Assembly (NCBI GenBank): GCA_036172245.1
Contig: JAYWIR010000015.1
Span: 2,294,001 to 2,358,000, forward strand
Origin: Raillietiella orientalis
Lineage: Eukaryota
DNA: 64,000 bases
Direction: 5' to 3'
Made by a program: the position numbers and the translations under genes. The notes under the pieces were generated by a model. It was not told where the DNA came from, did not search any database, and worked only from the letters and a program-made list of their open reading frames with translations. Of the stretch, positions 51,201-63,067 are shown piece by piece (the first letter of the stretch is position 1; the number at the start of each line of letters is the position of its first letter).

Positions 51201-54200
51201 AAATCAAAAACAGCATAGTTCCTTAAATGATCTAATTAATTATTCATATATCATGCAGTTTTTTTTTTGTTTTTTAAAGTGGATGCCTGAAGATGAAATC
51301 TGCAAAGCAAATTACTACGATGTGGTTTAGAAATCAACAAATCCAAGAACAAAACAAAGAATAGAAGATTTTACAAACAGATTTGCAGCCATTCACATTG
51401 CAACACAAATGGACAAGACATGAGGTAAAGGAAAAATTACTTTTTGCCTTCAGAAGTTTGTAAAGTTTCATTGATGACAGCTGATAAATTATAGAAATAC
51501 TCCAAGCTATACACTACAACTGACTGATCTGCAGTTATTTGTATGCCAACTTGTGAAAACGCGTATTGGAAATAAGGAAGCCATTGTAACTATTATACAA
51601 AAAAAAATTCACTTAAATTTTAGGATGTGCTTACAAAAGGAACAACTGTTTGTAACTGTTCTAATGTCATTTCATGATAATTCGAATCTATATTTCTTTT
51701 CTGTTCCTCTGATATACAAATCTGGGCTAACTGAGTTTCGAATTTTATAATGGCTTCCATCTGTTTTCTAATTTCATCTTCATCTGTACCTCCAAGAAGT
51801 AATCTCACCTAGAATAATAATTACGAAATCAATATTTTCTGTGAAAGTTTTGATGATCATTTATTACACGAATCATGTAATCAAGATATGCTTCAAGAAT
51901 ATGTTTATACTGGGTCTGATTGAGGTAGTAATCACGATTTTCGAGGATAAATGTAGGCTGCTGAACCTATCAAACAGAAATAAACACATTCGATTATTAA
52001 TTTGACAACAACCTCCACACAGATATACACATGCACTGTGAAGCAAAAAATGACCAAAACGTGTAACCATTTTACTATTCGGATTTCACAGATTATACAA
52101 TTTCGGAATCACATTGTATGTCTCATACATTTATAAAATGCCTAACATCTCTAAAAAAATTTTGTAACTTGCATTCAAGAAATATGATTGTGATTTGTAA
52201 AATAATGAGCAATTCTACAGAAAAATTATACTCCAACTACTTGAATTCTAAAGGCAAAAGATTTGGAATGCAACTCTTACCTCAATAATATAAACAGACG
52301 AATTTCTGTCATCTTCTTCCACTTTCCAAGCAAATAAAGTGCTAACACCATAATAATTATTCAATATCTTCATTGTGGATTGAAAATCCCAATCCTCAAC
52401 ATCAGAGATTCCAGAAACATTCCATGATCCCACTTCAGCTATTAGTGTCTTCAAAGGCTGACTACCTAACTTCTCTCTTGTTCCATTGTAATCAATACAA
52501 GACAAGTAATATCTCTTTGCTTTTTTGGCTGCATTACTTGTAAAATTTTCAAATGGCATTTCTAAAATAAGTCACTGTTAAAGCAACGCTCAAAATACAA
52601 GAAACAAAGTAGTCATGTAAAATCTTTAGGTGTTAGATTGGCTCAAATTTGCTATTTGATTTATGATAAGAGTTTCAACTTCCAAAAACTCGAATGTTGC
52701 TGCTGCAAAATGGAAAATGTATACATTGTTTTTTTCATTTTATAAAATTTGCTTCAAAGATATGCAAACATATGTGCAAACATGAAATTTTTGCCATACC
52801 TTTACAACTATACAACCTTCATTATAACTATTTACTGTTACAAGGAAATCCTATAAAGGTTGTATGAAGGCACCATCCCTACTACGATTTCTAATTTTCA
52901 GCTTCTGTAAAGCATGACTTCATTTCAGAATTCAAAACCATATTGGAAACTTCGTAAAGCAAATAATTAGCGACACCCTTCTGTCCAGTTCTTCTATCAG
53001 TATAGTTATACTCTCCAGCTATTTGAAGGTTCAAAACATTCTGTTCATTTGGATCAGAAAAAGTCTTAGTGAGAGGTTCGAATGTGTAATGCACAGTACA
53101 CAACTTTACAAACCCAAACACATTCCACTCAAATCACATCACTCAGATCAATCCGACATCACTCACTTTGGTGGATTCTTGTACACATCGAATGATTAAC
53201 CAAATCCTCGTTATAAACAAAACAAGACATAAACAACGACTCATTCCTAGACACGAACGACAAACGAAACTCAGAAGAAACAGTTGCAAAAATCAAAACC
53301 AAAGGAAACATGAGAAGATGCTTTCAATACAGGACCCATCCATCTGCTCTTACAAGCATAATTACCCCTCTTAATCATACGTCTCCTACGACGATATTTA
53401 ACATTCGAACGTCTAATATGCTTACAACTTATACGTCGGCATTTAGCAACCAGATAACGTAAAGCAAGATAACGACCACGTGTTATCACAGGCATGTCAA
53501 AACACGCACTAAACAATTTCATTAAAAACATGGAGATAAAACCAAAACCCCCAATCCCAGAACTCTTACACCTAAAGGTCACAGGTCAATTAGATAATAC
53601 TATTCACTTCACCTTCACATTACATATAAAAGCACCTACCACAACTACATACCTCAGTCAAAATGCCATATGCAAAGACTACACAATGGTGCTTCACTAT
53701 TAGCAACTACTCTACAGATGAAGAACAAGAACTTCAACAATGGCTACAAGCAAAGACAACCTACGCCATCATAGGCAAAGAAAAAGGAAAACAACAAACT
53801 TCACATCTATAAGGCTATTTTCAACGCAAGCAAGCCTACACAATACCCCAACTAAAAAAACAACACGCCTTCCAAAGAGCTCACTTGGAATTATCAAGAG
53901 GAAGTCCACAAAGTGATAACGGATACTGCTCAAAGCACGACCAACAACCATGGGGACATGGATCCATCACAACAACATACCAGCAAAGCATTCATCAATA
54001 AGTACACATCATCAAAAAATTAAAAAAATTCTAACTACTATACTTCCAGATCATCGCATTGATCAAACAAGGACACAGAAAAATGGATATGGGAAAACAA
54101 ACCAGAAATTTACGAAAAGCACTGAACATTCATCATGTACAGCATAAGACTCAGCAAATTCAACCAATCCAGCGATTCCAAGATAGCAATCACCATTACA

Positions 54201-56886
54201 AAATGGCAAAAACAATTACTAGAAATGCTACAACAACCACCGAATGACAGAGACATATACTGGTACTCAGACTACCAAGGGAACTCCGGAAAAACAACCA
54301 CAGCATATCTACTTAAGATATGATGCAAAATATCTACCTAACAAATTCCAAAAGGGCACATGCAAGCTAAATGTACAACGGAGAAAAAGCAGTTATCATT
54401 GATATAACAAAAGATACACAAGAAATCAACTATGGCCTCATTGAGACCATCAAAAATGGCATAATCTGCAGCACAAAGTATCAAGGCCACATAAAGCCAT
54501 TCCAATTTGCAATGTCTGCTTATACTATTACAAAGTCACTAAGAGAAAGAGTAATGTTCATACATAAGGTCGAGCATGTTTGAAATAATCCTTTTTCACA
54601 CTCAATAACATTAGAAAAGCATGCTTTTCACTGGCTGTAGGAAATTAACCCAACTGACGAAAACAGAAGTGCTCATGTGCAAAAATCACGAACTAAACAA
54701 ATTGAACAAATTGCTCACATCTGTACCATTTGGTCATCCTTGACCTGCTTTGTGTAAACAAATCTTATTCACACTAAATTTACTACTTAAATAAACTATT
54801 TTTTAAAATGAATCCATTTTGATATTTAATCAATTTTGCTTGGTGTTTTCATGAAAATTACTTCGCATCGTCTTAAACAGTTACATTTTTTTAGCATTTA
54901 TTTTCAAAACCTTAATACCAAACACAACAGTTTCTTTGACAATCTGACTTTGTCTAAACTTATTAACTAGGCTTTTGCTGGCATTTTTGCATTTTCATGT
55001 GTATGCATTCATGAGCAATACAAAGACATGTAAAGTTTGGAAAAAGCCTAATTTAGGACATACATGTTAATAAGCCACCCTGCATACATGGCAACAGCTT
55101 TAATATCATTTATTAAAGCTGTTGATTTTATTTATTAAACCTAAAGATTAATAATTATCTAGTCTCATTCCTTGATGCAAAACAGCTTTGATGAAAAACA
55201 TGCCTGCTCTTTTTGTTGTTGTTGTTTTCAAAAAGATAACCAGTCTTCAGACATTTTTACAGTGAACATGTCCAAAGAATTTAATTACTTTAAACTAAGA
55301 CACATTTTCATTAGCATCAAACACATAAAGCCAATTAATGGATTTGATGTACTTTGGGAATGTTTCATGTTTTAGTATAACTGCAAGAAATTTTTGTGTT
55401 GAATGCTACATTTGATGCCTTGAAAACTTTGAACAGCTTCAAATATTCTTCAAAAGTTGCAACTTTTGTCATAACACCTGAAGAATTAATATTTACGAAC
55501 TACATTTACATGCTTAAATGCAATCATACTTTAACAGTATCTTTGATATAGTATGATTACCACAGGACTACATTTAAATGGTTAGCACATCTGCCAGAAG
55601 TCTAAAATTTTGTGCATTTAAATGAATAGCGGCAATAAATGCTCTTGTTTTCAGAAACATACCCTATAAAAATACGAAAACTGATCACCAAACATGGAAT
55701 GAGAGTTCATTTACCCACTGAGAATATTTCTAAAATGAATTAAAACACTCCAAACAATATAATTTTTAAATTAAAAATTTTCACATTTTAAAACAGCATG
55801 AAGGAAATCTGTAGTTATTAAATTTGTTAAAACTTTCTTTGCTATCAAACAGGTAATAAAGCTCATCAAATGTCTTGTAACCATGTTAAAAAAAAAAAAA
55901 AATCTACACCATTTTTATATGAGAATGCACCAACAAGGAAATAGTGAATTAGTTCACAGTGTCTGTATCAAGGAAATATGGGTTAGTTCACAAGGTCATT
56001 TTTTTCTGAATGATTTCATGATTCATAATTTTTTAAATAGCTAATTCTTACCCAATATATTTTTCAGTATCAATTGATTTTGTTGCCAGAGCATACCAAA
56101 TGTGGCCCAGAATGGTTTTCCATAAGGAATAGGATTCTTCTTGATCCAACCTCCACAAGCAAAATGATAAAAATCCTCACAAGGATCAACACTCTCATCA
56201 ATTGATGAAATAACAGCAGATGCAACCGATATGCAAGAAGATGTCAAGCAATACACAGAATGCTGTGGTTTTCCTTATCAGATAAACAAAGAATTAAGAC
56301 AAAAATCATGGGAATAAAAAAAATACATCAAATTTTACTATTTTAAAAAAATATATCAGAAGACAACAGTATTTTTGGAACTGTATATTATTTTTAAGAT
56401 TAGCATGCAGGTGATTTTAAAAGATTTTAATTTTTCATTTACCACATGAACTAATATTTTGATCTACATTCTGCCTAGGAAGATCACTTTGCTTTTGATA
56501 AATTTTAGTGACGAAGCCCCAAAAAATTATTATTATAATGAAGAAAATACAGCATAATACGAGAAGAGATTTCTCTAAATTAGTGCGTTTATCCCAAACA
56601 GAAGAAACCTAGCAAAATAAGGGGTGAATGCAAAGATGAATAGTAAACTTCAATCACATAAATTAAAAATCAAAACAGCAAACTTGAATCACAACTTACT
56701 GAATTACAAGACTACTTTTCACATATTAAACCCCTTGGATTAGTTTGAATAATAATGCAAATAATGGATACCAACCTCTTTGAACTGTATTCCAGATCTA
56801 GCTTCATTGATTTCTTCAAAAGCTAAAACTGAATTAAAACTACTACTTTCCTCATCCTCTAATTCAGAGTGCTTATATTGCTTCAT
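45238..56886 (-). CDS. Nep3: M13 metallopeptidase, endothelin-converting enzyme / neprilysin-3-like (type II membrane protein)
   Basis: 14 exons in frame: 56886-56776 ([16 protein letters not shown]), 56608-56443 (TM helix [16 protein letters not shown]), 56273-56052 ([14 protein letters not shown]), 52561-52281, 51966-51868, 51808-51635, 51589-51441, 50938-50716, 49870-49747, 48168-48012, 47968-47790 ([14 protein letters not shown] = HEXXH), 47747-47601, 45603-45464 (GENIADNGG), 45414-45238 (CELW stop). The N-terminus resembles insect Nep3/ECE, but orthology needs a tree. Confidence 0.93.
52891..53495 (-). pseudogene. Putative capsid gene of the endogenous CRESS virus, frameshifted
   Basis: ATG at 53495 gives [44 protein letters not shown], an Arg-rich N-terminal arm typical of ssDNA virus capsids. 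It is oriented divergently from Rep. After frameshifts it continues into ORF 53121-52891 ([15 protein letters not shown]...YNYTDRRTG...), stop at 52891. Confidence 0.65.
53582..53632 (-). promoter_or_regulatory. Degenerate rolling-circle origin (TAGTATTAT, cf. TAGTATTAC) and Rep TATA box
   Basis: ATAATACTA at 53594-53602 reads TAGTATTAT on minus, one mismatch from the circo/nanovirus nonamer. It is flanked by a partly complementary AGGTCAATTAG / TTCACTTCACCT. TATAAAA on plus (~53625-53631) lies about 30 nt before the Rep ATG. Confidence 0.55.
53663..54583 (+). pseudogene. rep: CRESS-DNA virus replication initiator (Rep: HUH endonuclease + SF3 helicase), disrupted
   Basis: From ATG 53663: [16 protein letters not shown] (motif I), IGKE.G..TSHL*GY (motif II HLQG, TAA at 53810-53812), frameshift, AHLELSRGS...YCSK (motif III, 53924-53935), [26 protein letters not shown] (Walker A, 54279-54296), [11 protein letters not shown] (Walker B, ~54392-54406), [19 protein letters not shown]. 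Confidence 0.93.
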
Positions 56887-59800
56887 CTTGGAAGTTAAAC
56901 ATTAATAAACATAATAATTACTTTTCTTGATATATTTAATGATCAAATACATTTAATTTTCATTTAAATAAATGCAGGAAAAAACAAGCTGCAAAAATTC
57001 ATAATTATTATTAATGAATAACACATGCTAACTAGTGAATAATCAAAAAGTAAAAAAGCAAAAGCGATCGAAGAAAATTCAAAATCTAATTGAAAAAATG
57101 AAAACAAAGTACAAGTTCGAAATGAATTATCCAATATTTTGCGAGGTCATTTACCATCCACTGAAAAAGGAAAGAATCATGATAAATCCACACGTTTTCA
57201 CAATAATAAGCATGTACTTTCACAGGTTTTCTGGTATTATTTTGGATAGTTTCTACACAATCTACCACATTTGTAAGAGTTCTACCTAGCAGTTACTATG
57301 CACAGAAAATGATCCAAGGCTGATCTCCATCTACACGGATAATGCATAGTTTTAAAGATCTATACTCTTTTCTTAAGACAATTTCAAAACTGCTTAAGTA
57401 TATTAGGTATATCACATTAGCTTTATTTTTTATGCATATCCAAAGCTTCATATTTCATGTATAAAAATGACTTAGCACTGTCACAAAAATGACATAGGAT
57501 GTTTTGAGATATTTTGATTCCATTCAATTTGCAAACTGACTCTGTTGCTCACTAAGTTAATGTTTATATCGAACCTAAAAATTGCACTATTAAACATCAT
57601 ACAACCTGCAATTCAAAGAAAACATATGAAACGTGAAAATATAAAAATCACACCGAATTGTATTAAAATTTTACAAAAACGGTTTTAAGCTTATATTAAT
57701 AGCTAATTATTAGCACCAGCTGGATCATTGAAATACTGATCGCTTCCTCAAGTGGAACGTTACGACTGGTCATGAATCCAGAATAATGGATAAGGGATAT
57801 TTACACGATTGCTAAAACTCATGGTCTTTGATATACACTACAGTAGAGAAATGAATGTCACAAAGGATTTTCAAAATTGCTTACAGTTGGGGTGGAACAG
57901 GGTACATTGTAAATGTACCCTATTCTATGTTAAATGAAAGGGTAATTAACACTTGTTGGCGCACTTTTTGAAGTTTGCTGTTTTCAAATCATACGAATTA
58001 AAGCGCTAAGGACATTTCGTCGGCAAAGCAACGGGAAAATCTGGATGTAAACTGCTAGATTCTGAGTTATGCTGCATTGCTCATGCTCACATTGCTCTAC
58101 TTTTAAGGCAATACTCTTGAGTGGCCTACGTCTTCCAAACTACTAAGTTTTCGAAATACAAAACAGACTTTTCCGAAGACCGAAAGTTTCACTGCTGTGT
58201 TTCATGCTGCTTCAGCGTCCAATACACTCTTACTTATAGCAAATCTGCATCCATTCAAACCTCATAACATCTTGCATCAAACACCGCACAATACAAGATC
58301 GCTTTCAAATTACGTAAACTGACACCATATGGGAAAGCATTTGGGAGGATTCGAACGTAATGGTGTTTTCATTTTATACACATAAAAACTTGAGCTGGAA
58401 TTCATGATATATACCATAGAAACTCCACGGTATTGGATAACTTTATTATCAGTACAAAAGATGAAGCAGAAGCTCAACCATCAAAACCAACAACAGATGC
58501 AGTTATGATCACATGAATGAAAAGCATTCCAATTAACCTAAATTAAAGTCTTTCACAGCTCTTAATTTCTTATACATATTAGATACTTCAAAATACCACT
58601 GTCTATGCATGATACAATATTTTCTTGATTCATCAGAGTCGCAAGTTCACCGTTCGATTGAACTAGATGGACTAAGAAAATTAAACTTGAGGACTGGAAT
58701 CATTTAAACTTTTGCATTTCCAAGATCATTGTCTTTGAGTTTCAACTGTACGAAGTTTTCATTCAGTTAGGCAAGATTATGTACAGATAACGACGAATAT
58801 AACATTGATAGCTCATATTTTTCATTTGTTGACATGTTTCATGTTCATCATCCTTTAGCTTTTAGCATACCCTCACCGATCACGCATTAATTGTTGATGA
58901 CGACTATCTTTCCACAGAACTTTTTGAACGATGAATGGCATCGTGTTCCGTAATGTAGCCTAAAGCTCCGAAGAATGTGAAGCTCTTTTTTGAGAACCTC
59001 ATAAAAAAATACTCTTCTTTTTATAAGTAAAAATTGAGTCCCCGTAAATTTCGTGATCGAAAGAAAGTAACCTGACTTCCCCCCACTCTTCATCCAATTT
59101 GCTTGCAGCCGTCGTCACCACTATATTTGCTGCTCAATCGTCATAAAATGAGTACCATAGATCAAAGGTACATTTCCACGCATTTAATGTCAAATATTTA
59201 CCTGTTCAGTAATTGTGAAAAGTCTGTCTCTTTCTTAATAATAATCAAGGGGAACAGGGGAAATTATGCAGTTTCTAAACGGATGACGAGTTTTTCTGTA
59301 TGGTCCACCGGAGGAAATAGTAGAAAATTGGATTATTCTATGACGATATTTTTTTTGATTCCATTCTACCACAAGATATCTTACTTAATATCTTACAAGA
59401 TGTCTTATCTTATATAAGTTAATTTACTTGGTTAGCTTTTACCCTTAAGTATTAGATGAAACACGTAAGTTCTCTATTATTTGCTGTATTCATTTCCTCA
59501 AACAATTTTTTCCTCTAATTTCAAGAATTTCATGAGAATATCACTTTTTTATAAGAATATTCTTTCATTTAGACTGATCCTTACTATATCCCTCTTTATA
59601 GGTTCTCCTTTTTCCAAAAAATAGAGAAAGAGGAGAACTCACCTACCCTTGAACCTAGGGATATTATTTACTGTCTTAAGATATTATTGACAAGCATAAA
59701 TTCCCAATTAGGCAGTCGATTATGTAAATTTTTCTAAACCGAATTTTGCAAAGTCTCAATCACTCCTTGATATTTCAGAAGCATAGCTGCTCGTGCCTTT

Positions 59801-60368
59801 ATAGAAGATGAACCGGTGATGTAATAAAGAAAAGTGTGTACTAAATTTAGGCCTTTATAGACCTCAGTATCCGTGATTTGGTGAATATGATTTTTCCTGG
59901 ATCTAAGTTCTGAAACTCTTGTCTTTATAATCTGCTTTCATCTTAAGAACCAATAGATTGGTTCGGATTTAAGGAACATAAGTAGAGTAAAAAGATGAAG
60001 CTTATTAGCTCCTCTTTATTACAACATTCACAAAATTGGAAGATTTTTCGAATTATCAGCTGAAAGCAGCACAGAAGATTTCTTTTTATTTGGATGTAGA
60101 GTTGGATATAGACCTTTTTTCCTGATCCGAGGAACGTGCATATACATATGTTATGTATTCGCTACACTTAAAACCGCAGGACATTATAGATGTCCGTTCG
60201 TTATTTCTTTATCAAACAAAACGTTGGTTTGGTTACCTATAACTAGAATTTCGCTTAGAAATATGATAACAAAACAATGATCCTATTCTATCTGCAAGTG
60301 TGAATAGACGGTATAAAGAAAACAAGATAATTGTTTTGAATTCATAATAGTGTGTCTTTAGAATTCCA

Positions 60369-60421
60369 TTTGAAAAATAACAGTGTTAATGCAAAAATGC
60401 TTAACACTGTTATTTTTCAAA
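60369..60421. repeat. Perfect 21 bp inverted repeat (hairpin)
   Basis: TTTGAAAAATAACAGTGTTAA (60369-60389) and TTAACACTGTTATTTTTCAAA (60401-60421), with an 11 nt loop. Confidence 0.85.
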
Positions 60422-62107
60422 ATGGCTCAACGGATATATCCAAAATGGTGCTTTCAAGCTATAATTCTAGGCTGGCGACCTATAACAAAGACATTGCTTG
60501 ATGAGAACAGATAAAATGAATATTTTACCCTTGGTTCAACCCCATCATTTGAGCAATCATGAAAGAAAAAGAAATGATTCATTACGGTTTAGAAAACAGC
60601 TGAAATTCCGATGATGAATAGCTAACAGAGTTAACAGTCACGTGTGAATTCGTCTTTTTAATGTATAAGAGTTTTTGAAATCTCCTAATAAAAATGATTA
60701 CTTTCACAAGTTCTGGGGTTGTAGGTTTTCTTGCACTAATTTTTCAGGCGCTTTTTAAAAATATATTGTAAATATGTCAAAAATGCCATATACTTGTAGC
60801 ACTTTCACATTCACATAAGTGGTGTCAAGGGAACTATATGTAACCATGAATCTTCTTCACATGGTGTGGGGATGATAGTTTGATGAAATTTTTATTATAT
60901 ATATATATATATGATTGCTACATGCTGCATATGGGTCTCCACACGTGTATAGCATACACATACCAGAGATGAAAGAATGCAAGTGGCACCACGAGCAGAA
61001 GAGAATATAAGCGCAAGGTGAAGCTCCCTGGTTTGGCAACGCTAGAAAAGCACATTCAAACAGTTCATTGGTCTCAGTCACTTTTCGAAACGGATTCTTC
61101 CTTATGTAAAAAAAAACCGTCACGGTTCTTTAATTCAGAAGTTCTGCTTCAAACGCCTTTAGGTTGTGGACTACAACAGATCATCGTTAGGAAAGCATCT
61201 TCCGGCGGAATGCTTCAAATCGATCGCGAGGAATCCCGTCAGGTGTCTGGTTCCCGGGGCTGCTGAAATGAGTGGAACGACAAAGATCACACACGGAAAC
61301 GGGAACACTGAAAGAAGTTGAAATAAGATTGGAAGCTGCAACATTGCCAGCGCTTCGAACCACTGGCGTCGCACAAACGAGGCTCCAGTCCAAGAGTCGT
61401 CCTATTTTCATGATCGTTTTGATGCAGAAAAATGTGCTTCCCAACTTGCTGCGAAAAGTTCGAGTGCACCGAATAATCCACGTACAGGGAACATGTGCGA
61501 AGCCAAATAAAGGAGTGGCCACTGGACATTCACGGCATCGACTGAAAAGACTGCATGCAATGATCGTAACAACTCGGCGAGTTGTTTTTCGGGAAAGTAA
61601 TGAGGGAAAGATTCTGTTGGCAACTCGTTAATGGACCACGCCCAACTAATGTCCGAGAGGGTCGCGTTATAAATACGACGATGGTTGGCCACCACGAACG
61701 ACCCTGAAAAACACTGCAAAGCTGTGCAGAATGAGAGAACACATAAACGAATAAATGGTTCTATTCGTATTACGGCACGTGACCGACGATTTCACTTTTT
61801 GATTCCTTTCCAAAGAATGCACAGGTTTGGAGAACCCATCGAAATATGCACACTAAAAAATCTGGACGGCATTTTTCATGGAGTTTTCTCACTTCCATAG
61901 TTACACGTCCGAAGCATCGTTCAACTAGTCAAGGAAGTGAATCTGGAAATTTTTCTGAATGTTTCCCGGAAATTCAAACTGAGTACTATTGGAAAATTTA
62001 TGTACAACACGATAGCAAAAGGACCGTTCCAAAATTGATGAAATACGAGTCAAACTGCTATCCCTTGAAACGATTCACTACCATCCTTAGTGGCTTTGTT
62101 TTGTGAC

Positions 62108-62467
62108 TCAAACTTCTATCTTTTGTTTTTTATTCTCTGTTTCAAAATCCTCCAGGAAAGAAACGTCATCCAAAAAAGACATATCGCCTACGCAAATTTC
62201 ATCGAAAAAGTCCAATATAGACTTCTGAGAGGCCTTAAAGAGGAAAGCCATTAAGAACTAAAGTTTGGGTTCACTCACTTTCAGAGACGATGTATCAGCG
62301 TCGGAAAACGAATCCTTGCTCAAACCAGCTTCATTTAGAATGCGCAACTTCTCTTTCACAATTGGCCAAAGAAGGTCATCCGCCGTATCTTGGGCAACAA
62401 GATACTGAATGATCACGAAGTTGTTTTGGCCAATTCGGTGGACTCTGTCTTCTGCTTGAGTCAATAT
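62108..62467 (-). CDS. SMARCAL1: SMARCAL1/HARP annealing helicase, last two coding exons (upstream exons lie beyond the window end)
   Basis: Exon 62467-62279 reads [14 protein letters not shown] (SNF2 motif VI)...[31 protein letters not shown], the SMARCAL1-type tail. A 45 nt GT-AG intron follows, then exon 62233-62108 [10 protein letters not shown]...NKKQKIEV stop. Confidence 0.88.
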
Positions 62468-63030
62468 CTAAAACGTGGAGGCATTTCCTTATGTTGCAAT
62501 CTCAATGCAGTTAAAGCAAATCAACACACTTAACTAAAACGGAGGAGGAACGACTGTAAAATGAATGAATGAGCAGCAGCAACCCCACCATTCGGGACGA
62601 TCACAATCTCAAAGATTCAACAGCACGCAAACATACAAATTACATACAGTAAATATCTTTATATCAAGAAAACCATCACAACTTTTACAAGCCAACGATT
62701 GCAACTAAAGGTCATTCATCTAACCACAAAGAACACGTCCCAGCTTCATGGAGACAATTCAGTCAAGGCTTCGTTTGATATCAAAACACACTTAAAAGTA
62801 CGACTTTGTATGAGCACACTGCAAACTTGTGAAGAACCCTTTTAGAAATACAAATGATTTCGTGAAGATGCAAAGGACAAGGCCATGCTGTCAAGTCTGT
62901 GGGATGGAGAAGTCTCAGAATCAACACTTTCGATGATTCACAGTTAAGTATTTTATTCTTATGACAAAGTAATTTCGAAAGAGCACAGAAAAACGAACAC
63001 GGCGCATCAATCCACTAAACGGAAAAACGT

Positions 63031-63067
<37 letters not shown>

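Larger units (their letters stand above)
52860..54590. mobile_element. Endogenous CRESS-DNA virus (roughly genome-length, ambisense Rep + Cap) in intron 3 of the ECE gene
   Basis: Rep on plus and capsid-like gene on minus diverge from a ~170 nt intergenic region carrying a nonanucleotide-like motif. The plus strand is A/C-skewed, unlike the host intron. Confidence 0.9.

Noticed and set aside
58329..58490. Tc1-like N-terminus (MGKHLGGFER)
   Set aside because: A stop follows after 18 codons, and no DDE region or paired TIRs are seen.
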